NCBI GenBank assembly: GCA_035566575.1
Contig: DATMQZ010000007.1
Span: 102,433-166,432, forward strand
DNA length: 64,000 nucleotides
Reading direction: 5' to 3'
From: Edaphobacter sp.
GTDB lineage: Bacteria > Acidobacteriota > Terriglobia > Terriglobales > Acidobacteriaceae
Below the pieces are notes generated by a model. The model was not told the DNA's origin and ran no database searches. It saw only the letters and a list, made by a program, of their open reading frames with translations. The position numbers and the translations under genes are program-made. Of this stretch, positions 38,148 to 46,057 are shown in pieces; position 1 is the stretch's first letter; the number at the start of each line of letters is the position of its first letter.

Positions 38148-38873
38148 ATGAACACCTTCGCCTCGACTCAGCCTTCAGTCGCCAGCCTCCGCTCCCGCTC
38201 CCTGGGCGCAAAATTCTTCGTCCTCCTCCTGCTCGCCATCGGCATGAGCATTTCAGGGTTCTTCGTTGAAGGCCTGACCACCGAGCGAGCCGACAGACAC
38301 GGCGTCCTCGCTGCCTCCTCGGAGAATGCTTCCGAGCAACCAAAGACCGTTCTCGGCATTCGCCTCGCCGACTCCTACCGCTCCATGCGCCGCTCCCTGC
38401 ACTACATTAGCCTCTTCCTCGGCCTCGTTTTCCTGACTTACTTCCTCTTCGAAGTCCTGACCGGGAAAAGCGTCCATCCCGCCCAATACGCTCTGGTAGG
38501 CATCGCTCAAACAATCTTCTACCTTCTCCTCCTTTCGCTGGCCGAACACCTCGGCTTCGACCCTAGCTACCTCATTGCCGGCGCATCAACCGTCGCGCTC
38601 TTCGCTGTCAACACAGAGTGGGTCTTCCGCAGCCGCAAGCTTGCGCTTAGATCGCTCGTGGTGTTCACAAGCCTTTACACGTTTATTTATGTCCTCTTGC
38701 GTGTCGAAGCTTACGCTCTCCTCGTCGGCGCGGTCGCCAGCTTCGTCGCCGTGGCTGCCGCAATGTACATCACGCGGAATGTGGACTGGTATGGAAATGG
38801 CGACCCGGCACCCAACTTCGCCACCACCCCTCCCGCCTCCGAGTCAAGCACAAGAGACTCATGGCTGAAGTAA
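38148..38873 (+). CDS. creD: Short CreD-family inner membrane protein (lacks the periplasmic domain)
   Basis: YR..RRSLHY..LF, VHPAQYALVG, FYLLLLSLAEHLGF, MYITRNVDWY. Confidence 0.8.
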   Translation: MNTFASTQPSVASLRSRSLGAKFFVLLLLAIGMSISGFFVEGLTTERADRHGVLAASSENASEQPKTVLGIRLADSYRSMRRSLHYISLFLGLVFLTYFLFEVLTGKSVHPAQYALVGIAQTIFYLLLLSLAEHLGFDPSYLIAGASTVALFAVNTEWVFRSRKLALRSLVVFTSLYTFIYVLLRVEAYALLVGAVASFVAVAAAMYITRNVDWYGNGDPAPNFATTPPASESSTRDSWLK

Positions 38874-39035
38874 GCGTCTCGTTAAACCCGGCACCTTGGA
38901 GATCGCGGCGCACGCGGTCTTGAAGTTGCCGGGACGAGCAGCTCTCCGGGCAAACCCAAACTGTTGCTCTCGGGAAACGCGCTTGTCGGAAGCATCGGAT
39001 GCTCATGAGAAGCCGTTTTTCAATTTGGTCGAGAC

Positions 39036-39065
39036 TTGCGGAGGGTTGCAGGTTACGTTGAACGC
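39036..39065. repeat. Direct repeat C, copy 1 (copy 2 at 40184-40212)
   Basis: TTGCGGAGGGTTGCAGGTTACGTTGAACGC; 25/30 identical. Confidence 0.6.
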
Positions 39066-39097
39066 GGCTAGATTAGGTGCGAGAGTTGGAACTATAT

Positions 39098-39538
39098 ATG
39101 AAAAAAACAATCCCGGTGGAATCTGCCTCTGTACTCATCGACGCGAAGATCAACGAACTTGGGGACTGGCGGGGGAAGATGCTCGCGAAGGTGCGCGCAA
39201 TCGTGCACGAGGCAGACCCTGAGATTGTCGAAGAGTGGAAGTTTATGGGGACTCCCGTCTTCTCACACGGCGGCATCGTATGCACGGGAGAGGCGTACAA
39301 GAACGTCGTCAAGATGACGTTTGCCAAGGGAGCTTCGTTGGAGGACCCTTCCGGTCTGTTCAACTCCAGCCTCGATGGGAATGTCAGGCGCGCCATCGAC
39401 ATTCACGAAGGCGACAAGGTCGATGAGGCGGCTTTGAAGGATCTCATCCGCGCTGCAGTGGCGCTCAATCTCGATCTCAAGGCCAAAGCCAAGAGCAAGC
39501 CGAAGCCGCGGCCAACGAGCAGCAAGCGGGGCGGCTAG
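39098..39538 (+). CDS. DUF1801 family protein
   Basis: LGDWRG, EEWK..GTPV, FAKGASLEDPSGLFNSSLDGNVRRAID. Confidence 0.9.
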   Translation: MKKTIPVESASVLIDAKINELGDWRGKMLAKVRAIVHEADPEIVEEWKFMGTPVFSHGGIVCTGEAYKNVVKMTFAKGASLEDPSGLFNSSLDGNVRRAIDIHEGDKVDEAALKDLIRAAVALNLDLKAKAKSKPKPRPTSSKRGG

Positions 39539-39583
39539 CTTCGTCGCAGGTCCCGCTTATATCGACCAAAAGCGAGGAGCAAT

Positions 39584-40156
39584 ATGTCACGCAGCGAAGG
39601 AAATACAAATGGACGATGTGTCACCTTGCACATGGTTTCCAGTCTGGATGGTTTCATCGCGAAGAAGGACAACAGTGTCTCCTGGCTAAATAGCCCTGGA
39701 AGCGTCTACGAAGCCGGGGTTTCCATTTCCGCGGAAGAAGCTGCAACCTTCGTCAAAACGATCGACTGTTATGTGCTCGGTTCCCGCACGTATGAACACG
39801 CGCTTGAACTGGGCTGGCCCTATGGTGATACTCCGGCGCTAGTGGTGACCGGCAGAGAATTGCCGTCGGCGAGGAAGAGCGTCGAGTTCTATTCGGGCGA
39901 TCTGAAGACATTAGTTGACGTGCAACTGGCGCCTCGATATCGAAACATTTGGCTAGTGGGCGGGGCCATGTTGTGCCAGCGTTTTCTCGAACTCGGCCTG
40001 GTGAACGAAATCAGGTTGATGATCGCGCCTGTCCTGTTGGGTGAAGGACTCCAGCTGTTCGGTGGTTCCCTGACGGAGGAGAGGTGGAATTTGAAGAACG
40101 TCGTCGCTTACAAGAACGGCTTTGTTGAGCTAGCGTACTCAGCCCCTATCGCGTGA
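39584..40156 (+). CDS. Dihydrofolate reductase-like (RibD C-terminal) protein
   Basis: SSLDGFIA, LGSRTYE, IWLVGG, APVLLGEG. Confidence 0.9.
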   Translation: MSRSEGNTNGRCVTLHMVSSLDGFIAKKDNSVSWLNSPGSVYEAGVSISAEEAATFVKTIDCYVLGSRTYEHALELGWPYGDTPALVVTGRELPSARKSVEFYSGDLKTLVDVQLAPRYRNIWLVGGAMLCQRFLELGLVNEIRLMIAPVLLGEGLQLFGGSLTEERWNLKNVVAYKNGFVELAYSAPIA

Positions 40157-40183
40157 AAGCTTTGCGAAGACATTTGCTGCCAT

Positions 40184-40212
40184 TTGCGGAGGTTGCGGGT
40201 TACGCTAAGCGC
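40184..40212. repeat. Direct repeat C, copy 2
   Basis: TTGCGGAGGTTGCGGGTTACGCTAAGCGC. Confidence 0.6.
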
Positions 40213-40263
40213 ATATCGACCACTTATGGATAAAACCGCAGAATTTTCAGCGATGGCAATGAT

Positions 40264-40653
40264 TCACCCCATATCCAGCAGCCGACGCGACAGCTGTTCC
40301 ACCGTCATTCCCGGTTCTTCGCATAACCCGGTATGCACGGGGGACACCTGAATCATCGTGCTGCGCGGCGACACCAGCCAGTGGAAACGCTCGCGTTGGC
40401 TCAGCTTTGCAATCGGTCCGGCCGACTCATCTCCTGCGCAGATCTTCGGAATTGCCTCAAGATGCTTGCGCACCAGCTCCACATCGATCTCAGGCCATAG
40501 CGCCTTCAGGCGGGCTTCATCTACATGCACACGTGCCTCAAGATAACGATGCTCGAGGCAAAACACAATTACGCCTGCATTGATGAATTCCCCGCGCTCC
40601 ACGCGAGGGACCACACGCACCACGGCGTAATCAAACGAGCTCGGCACGGGCAC
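40264..40653 (-). CDS. DUF3037 family protein
   Basis: FDYAVVRVVPRVERGEFINAGV, ERFHWLVSPRSTMIQVSPVHTG; overlaps the kinase stop codon. Confidence 0.9.
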   Translation of the reverse strand: MPVPSSFDYAVVRVVPRVERGEFINAGVIVFCLEHRYLEARVHVDEARLKALWPEIDVELVRKHLEAIPKICAGDESAGPIAKLSQRERFHWLVSPRSTMIQVSPVHTGLCEEPGMTVEQLSRRLLDMG

Positions 40654-41413
40654 GCATCGCCTCCTCAACAAAGTTCGCGGACGACTTCAGCCGCCGCACA
40701 AAGAAGTCCTCATACACTCCGCGCTTTTCAATCACGCTCAACTCTCGTGCCTCCGGCAACAGCCATCCTTCCGGCACGCTCTCCAGGATTTCGGCGAAGA
40801 CCGATGCATTCAGCCTCTCGTGTGCAAAAGCATCGGCCTCCTGCAATGCCGCAGCCCATGGCAGCAATACATGCTCCTTTACCTGCGCGAATCGCGACTC
40901 CGCCTTTGCAGCCATGCTCTTCCAATCGTGATGAAAGTACAACGCTGCTCCATGATCGATGAAGTAAAGCTCGCGGTGCCAGCAGAGCAGATTCGCATTG
41001 CGGGCGGTTCTATCGACGTTGGCGACAAATGCATCGAACCAGACCGCCAGTGAGGCCGTCCGTGCATCGGCCTTATCTCCTGCAGCAACGTCGAACATGG
41101 TCGACCCGGGAAGATAATCGAGCCCAAGATTCAGGCCCACACTCGCTTTCAGCAGATCTCGAATCTCTTGATCCGGCTCATTTCGTCCGAGCGCCGCATC
41201 CACCTCGACGAGCACCAGCTCTGGGACTTTGAGGCCAAGCGTCCGGCCGATCTCGCCTGCCACCAGTTCAGCCACGAGAGCCAGCGGACCTTGCCCGGCT
41301 CCGCGAAACTTTACGACGTACATGCCCTGATCGTCGGCCTCGATAATCGCAGGCAGCGATCCGCCCTCTCGCAGAGCCGTAACGTACTGTGTGGCGCAAA
41401 CCGTCCTCAGCAT
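40631..41413 (-). CDS. HipA-like Ser/Thr kinase
   Basis: LREGGSLP, YVVKFRG, ELVAGE, NVDRTARNANLL, FIDHG. Confidence 0.88.
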   Translation of the reverse strand: MLRTVCATQYVTALREGGSLPAIIEADDQGMYVVKFRGAGQGPLALVAELVAGEIGRTLGLKVPELVLVEVDAALGRNEPDQEIRDLLKASVGLNLGLDYLPGSTMFDVAAGDKADARTASLAVWFDAFVANVDRTARNANLLCWHRELYFIDHGAALYFHHDWKSMAAKAESRFAQVKEHVLLPWAAALQEADAFAHERLNASVFAEILESVPEGWLLPEARELSVIEKRGVYEDFFVRRLKSSANFVEEAMRARAELV

Positions 41414-41449
41414 CCCACCCAGTGTAGCTGGCTATTCATACGACCCATC

Positions 41450-42490
41450 CTAAAGAAGGCCCGCCGCCGTCGCATGCTCGCGAATCGCCTGATTGATCTC
41501 CAGGGCCAACGCCAACGCAGCACGCCCATTCTCGCCCGAGACCAGCGGCGTCGAACGAGTCCGCACGGCATGAAGGAAGGACTCGATCTCCAACAGCAAG
41601 GGCTCGCCGGGCTTCACCTCAACCTTACTCAGGGAGAGTCCTGCGGAGGGATGACCTCCTGCCTGCTGCACCATCTGGGCCATCGCCGCCAGTTGTGCGG
41701 TGTCCAGCCCCGCCGCTGCCGTCACGTCAATCAACAGCAGATCTTGCCGCGCGAAATCGAGCGACAGATATTGATGCGGCTGGAAGAACCGCAGCTTTCG
41801 CACCCGTTCTGTGCTGATGCGGCTTGCGGTAAAATTTGCGACGCAGCCGTTCTCGAACTCGAGCCGAACATTCGCAATGTCCACTTTGCGTGAGAGCACG
41901 GGAAGGCCAACGGCGCGCACCTCGCGTACAGGAGAAGCCACGAGGCTAAGCACGATGTCGAGGTCGTGGATCATCAGGTCGAGGACCACATCGACATCGA
42001 GCGAGCGCGGCGTAAACACGCTCAGCCGGTGTGCCTCGAAGAACATGGGCTGATGGAGATACTGTCGAGCGGCGGTGACCGCTGGATTGAAACGCTCCAG
42101 ATGTCCCACCTGAACGATGCGGCTGTGCCTGGCGGCCAACTCAAGAATCCTGTCGGCATCGGCGAGGTTCGCAGCGAGCGGCTTTTCAATCAGAAGATCG
42201 ATTCCTGCAACCAGCAGGGGCTCGGCAGCCGTGGCATGATGCACCGTCGGCACACACACCGATGCAGCATCAACCTTTCCAGCCGCAGCCAGACAGGACT
42301 CGATGGTGTCGAAGCCGGGGACCTCGAACTTTGCGGCAGCGGTGGTCAGCGTAGCCGGATCGCGGTCCACAACTCCGACAAGCTCGATATGCTGACCGGC
42401 CTGTTGCAGTTCGCGATAGACACGCAGATGGTTGCGCCCGAAGGCACCCGCGCCAACAACGACAACCCGCAGTGGCGCTGAAGTAGACAC
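41450..42490 (-). CDS. Gfo/Idh/MocA family oxidoreductase
   Basis: VGAGAFG, VPTVHH, IEKP, GHLERFNP, DLMIHDLD. Confidence 0.92.
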   Translation of the reverse strand: MSTSAPLRVVVVGAGAFGRNHLRVYRELQQAGQHIELVGVVDRDPATLTTAAAKFEVPGFDTIESCLAAAGKVDAASVCVPTVHHATAAEPLLVAGIDLLIEKPLAANLADADRILELAARHSRIVQVGHLERFNPAVTAARQYLHQPMFFEAHRLSVFTPRSLDVDVVLDLMIHDLDIVLSLVASPVREVRAVGLPVLSRKVDIANVRLEFENGCVANFTASRISTERVRKLRFFQPHQYLSLDFARQDLLLIDVTAAAGLDTAQLAAMAQMVQQAGGHPSAGLSLSKVEVKPGEPLLLEIESFLHAVRTRSTPLVSGENGRAALALALEINQAIREHATAAGLL

Positions 42491-42702
42491 TATTTTGTGC
42501 TGACCGGGGCCTCGACGGCCTGGCGGCAGCGTGCGTACAGCTCAAGCAGCTGCATCACCTGATCCTCGGGCTTCGCGGCCGTAACGACGCCAAAGCCCGT
42601 GGAGCCTGCACCCTTGCTTCCGACATTGGCCTGGGCCGCGACAAACTTGAGCAGATCGAGCGCGATATCTTCAGTGCGACGCGCCGTTGTGGTGGATTCC
42701 AT
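42490..42702 (-). CDS. Small hypothetical protein (70 aa)
   Basis: MESTTTARRTEDIALDLLKF...LELYARCRQAVE; GAGAGG RBS. Confidence 0.7.
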   Translation of the reverse strand: MESTTTARRTEDIALDLLKFVAAQANVGSKGAGSTGFGVVTAAKPEDQVMQLLELYARCRQAVEAPVSTK

Positions 42703-42769
42703 GGAAGTGTTCCCTCTCGTTTCTTTCAAACCCGATCTTAACGGTCGATGCCGTGCAGGTGCAAACTCA

Positions 42770-43945
42770 TCACGGCACAAGCTGCGATTCCGCTCGCACG
42801 CCGCAGACGATCTCGTACGCGATTGTCCGCGCCAGTTGCGCGTGATCGTCCGCTGTGATGCCATCGCCAAGGACAATCACCTCATCGCCAACCACGACAT
42901 CGTCGATGTTGCTTACATCTACGACTGTCAGATTCATCGACACGCGTCCGACAATCGGAGCACGCTGTCCGTGCACCATCATCCAGCCACCGGGAACGTC
43001 GTTCGGACCCGAAAGCTCGCGTCGTAAACCATCCGCGTATCCCACGGGAAGCAGCGCCAGGCGCATCGCATGCTGTGCCGTAAAGGTCGCGTTGTACCCG
43101 ACCGTCTCGCCGGCACAGACATCGCGGACGCCGATCACTCGCGTCTTCCATGTCATTACAGGAAGCAATCCGTTGCGAACGTGAGCAACGGCCTGGCCCT
43201 CAATTGGCAGGCAATACCCGTACAGTCCCAACCCACTGCGAACCATTGCACGCGCACCGCATCCGGCGGCAATCGTCTGCAGCCACCCCAGCGATTGGGT
43301 CGCATCGCCATTGTTGTCCAGCGTCGAAGAATTCCCAGCGTGCACCCACGCCGGACTTAGTCCGCCATCCTCGATAAGCCACATCGCCTCTTCGAACCGT
43401 GCCTGCTGTTCGAGCGTCTGCGCTGAACCGGCCACCTCAGCCGAGGCGAAGTGTGTCATCACTCCATCCAGCACGATTTTCGGCTCCTTAGACAGCCACT
43501 CCACCAGCTCGCGGAGTTCCTCACCCGCAGCGATGCCCTGACGAGCCATTCCGCTGTCGATCTCGAGATGCACCGCAACCGGCCCCGAGCCAGAGCGCTC
43601 CGCAGCTTCCGCCAACCACTCCATCTGCTGTCGAGTCCATACCACCGGCGTAAGTGAGTGCTGCACAACTGCCTCGGCTTCATCGCCCAGAAGCCCCGAC
43701 ATTACAAGAATCTGCGCCTGACTCGCGCTTATGGCCTGCCGAACCGCTACTCCTTCCGCCGCATCGGTCACGCCGAGCCACTCCGCGCCAGCCTGCGCCA
43801 GTACCGGAGCACATATCTTCGCGCCGTGTCCGTAGGCATCCGCCTTCACAACTCCCAGCACGGAGACTCCCACCCCCGCCGTCTCCGCCAGCAGCCTGTA
43901 GTTAGCCGTCAGCCGCCGCTCTGATACCTCCACCCAACTCTTCAC
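42770..43945 (-). CDS. alr: Alanine racemase
   Basis: VVKADAYGHG, DSGMARQG, MTHFA, VGYNA, GYADG, GRVSM, YEIVC. Confidence 0.95.
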   Translation of the reverse strand: MKSWVEVSERRLTANYRLLAETAGVGVSVLGVVKADAYGHGAKICAPVLAQAGAEWLGVTDAAEGVAVRQAISASQAQILVMSGLLGDEAEAVVQHSLTPVVWTRQQMEWLAEAAERSGSGPVAVHLEIDSGMARQGIAAGEELRELVEWLSKEPKIVLDGVMTHFASAEVAGSAQTLEQQARFEEAMWLIEDGGLSPAWVHAGNSSTLDNNGDATQSLGWLQTIAAGCGARAMVRSGLGLYGYCLPIEGQAVAHVRNGLLPVMTWKTRVIGVRDVCAGETVGYNATFTAQHAMRLALLPVGYADGLRRELSGPNDVPGGWMMVHGQRAPIVGRVSMNLTVVDVSNIDDVVVGDEVIVLGDGITADDHAQLARTIAYEIVCGVRAESQLVP

Positions 43946-44095
43946 ACTCACTATCCTAAACGGCGTCCGGGGGATACCCGAGGACGACCATTCCAAACAC
44001 TACCCCGCCTGTGATACAAAGCCACGTCTGGAAAAAGCATCACCGCTGCGACAGGAATTGGGTTCGCGAAGTCTTCGAGGGAGCAGTGTGGCGTC

Positions 44096-45457
44096 ATGAA
44101 AATGAATACTCGTTCATCTTTAGGAATCAGCTGTTCCGTTCTGGCCGCGGGGGTCCTGGTTGCCATTGTTGGCTGCTCCAGCGGTAGCTCCAATCCGCTT
44201 GCTGCAATTCAAGCCGCTCAGATGAAGAACATCGGAAATTTCTCCAATACCGTCTTTCTCGGCGACTCTCTGACGGCCGGCTACCAGAGCGGCTCTCTGC
44301 TCGACGCCCAGCAGGTCCACGGATGGGCGGCCCTGGTTGCGACGCAGGCAAAGTTCAACATCACCCTTCCACTGATTGCGCCGCCCGGTGCACCTAGTGT
44401 CCTCCATCTTGAGTCTCTCGGCCCGCCGCCCGTGATCGCGCCAACACCGGGAACCACCACTGGCCGTGACAATCCCGCGACGCAAGCCACCGATCTCGCG
44501 GTGCCCGGCGCGTTCCTCAACGACATCGCGAATACTGTTCCACTTGCCAATCCAGCTCCGGGACAACAGCAGATCAACCAGCTCGTCCTCGGCTTTCCGG
44601 GCCTCGGCTACGGCCAGGACTTTAGCCAGGCCACTTTTGCGGTCAACGCCCAGCCGACGACCATCTTCCTGTGGGCCGGCAACAACGACGCCCTCGTCGC
44701 CGCGCTCACCGGCACGCCTGCCTCCATGACCTCGGTGGCCAACTTCACCACGCAATACACCGCGCTGATCACGCAGCTGTCCGCCCTTACGCCTGCCCAC
44801 CTCGTTATCGCCAACATCCCCGATGTCACGCTGGTGCCCTATCTGCAGCCCGCTGCCCTCGTGCTCGCCGAGTACTCCGCCGCCACGCACCTGCCCGTCG
44901 CCACACTCAGCGCCCTCTTCGGCATCGTCCCCGGTGACTACGTCACGCTTGAAGACGGCTTCGCCGAGATCACCGCCATCCTCGCCGGAACCCAGAAGAC
45001 ACCCATCTCCGACGCGGGTGTCCTGACCGCAGCCGAGGTTGTCACCGTCAAAGCGCAGGTCACTGCCTATAACGGAGTCATCGCCCAGCAAGCCAAATCT
45101 GCAAACGCCACCCTCGTCGACATCAATGCCCTCTTCACCCAGGTCGCAACCTCCGGCATCACCATCAACGGATACACCGGTACCACCGGCTTCCTGGGCG
45201 GCGTCTTCTCTCTCGATGGCATCCACCCCACCAACACGGGCTATGCTGTGGTGGCCAATACCTTCATCGACACCATGAACTCGAGCATGGGAACTAAAAT
45301 CCCCGATATCGACCTGGGGCCGATCACCGCCGCTGATCCACTATGGCCGCCGAACCTCGTTCCCCACGCCATCGCCACAACACCGATGGCAGCGCCCACC
45401 ACCCTGGGCCCCAAGAAAGACAACATCATGCTTGGATCCTGGACTTCCAAGCAATAA
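44096..45457 (+). CDS. SGNH/GDSL hydrolase lipoprotein
   Basis: Lipobox IVGC; FLGDSLTAG, WAGNND, LDGIHP. Confidence 0.88.
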   Translation: MKMNTRSSLGISCSVLAAGVLVAIVGCSSGSSNPLAAIQAAQMKNIGNFSNTVFLGDSLTAGYQSGSLLDAQQVHGWAALVATQAKFNITLPLIAPPGAPSVLHLESLGPPPVIAPTPGTTTGRDNPATQATDLAVPGAFLNDIANTVPLANPAPGQQQINQLVLGFPGLGYGQDFSQATFAVNAQPTTIFLWAGNNDALVAALTGTPASMTSVANFTTQYTALITQLSALTPAHLVIANIPDVTLVPYLQPAALVLAEYSAATHLPVATLSALFGIVPGDYVTLEDGFAEITAILAGTQKTPISDAGVLTAAEVVTVKAQVTAYNGVIAQQAKSANATLVDINALFTQVATSGITINGYTGTTGFLGGVFSLDGIHPTNTGYAVVANTFIDTMNSSMGTKIPDIDLGPITAADPLWPPNLVPHAIATTPMAAPTTLGPKKDNIMLGSWTSKQ

Positions 45458-45460
45458 TCA

Positions 45461-45551
45461 CCGCGGATTTGCGGAGGAACGCGGATTGAAATACAAAAGC
45501 GATCTCGGGACGTAATTGTTTGTGATTCGTGGTCTCCGCGCAAATCCGTGG
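45461..45551. repeat. Inverted-repeat element of the CCACGGAT/CGCGGAT type between convergent genes
   Basis: CCGCGGATTTGCGGAGGAACGCGGATT ... GATTCGTGGTCTCCGCGCAAATCCGTGG. Confidence 0.65.
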
Positions 45552-45557
45552 CCGGCT

Positions 45558-45953
45558 TCAGATCGCAGTGTGCAATCCGACGTGATTTCCCTCTGAGTCC
45601 CTCATGCAGGCAAATGCACCGTGTCCGCCCGGAACCAGCGTTCGCGGCACGATCACCCGTCCGCCCGCCGCTTCCACCTTGCTCAACACGGTATCCAGCT
45701 TGCCATCGCAGCTCAGGTACACCATCGTTCCTTCGCTGCCGGGCCGCTGAAAGTTTCGCTTGATCAGCGCACCGGAGACGCCCGTCTGCTCGGCCGGGAA
45801 GATGCAGATCTCTTCCTCCCTGTGCTCGAACTCGTTCGTCTCCATCGTGCAATCCAGAATCGTCTCGTAGAATCTCTTTGCCCGGTTCAAATCACGGGAC
45901 GGAATCTCGAACCACGCCACCGCCGAAGCTCGTTTCATTCTCTGCTCGCTCAT
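45558..45953 (-). CDS. VOC/glyoxalase family protein
   Basis: WFEIP..DLNRAKRFY, VEAAGG, DSEGNHVGLH. Confidence 0.9.
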   Translation of the reverse strand: MSEQRMKRASAVAWFEIPSRDLNRAKRFYETILDCTMETNEFEHREEEICIFPAEQTGVSGALIKRNFQRPGSEGTMVYLSCDGKLDTVLSKVEAAGGRVIVPRTLVPGGHGAFACMRDSEGNHVGLHTAI

Positions 45954-45989
45954 AGCTCTCTCCTTTATTCCGCGACTACACCTGCAGCA

Positions 45990-46029
45990 TAAAAAAGGCC
46001 ACTGACACCCTCCTGTCAGTAGCCTTTTG
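45990..46029 (-). terminator. dnaB terminator overlapping a TGACA-N6-TGTCA palindrome (putative WYL-regulator site)
   Basis: Minus strand AAAAGGCTACTGACA-ggaggg-TGTCAGTGGCCTTTTTT, then TATGCT -10 for the VOC gene. Confidence 0.65.
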
Positions 46030-46057
46030 ACTTTGTTATCTGCTGCGATACCTGTGC

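Noticed and set aside
20836-40212. CRISPR array or prophage in the accessory zone
   Set aside because: Repeats occur only as pairs kilobases apart. There are no regular spacers and no cas, integrase or phage genes.
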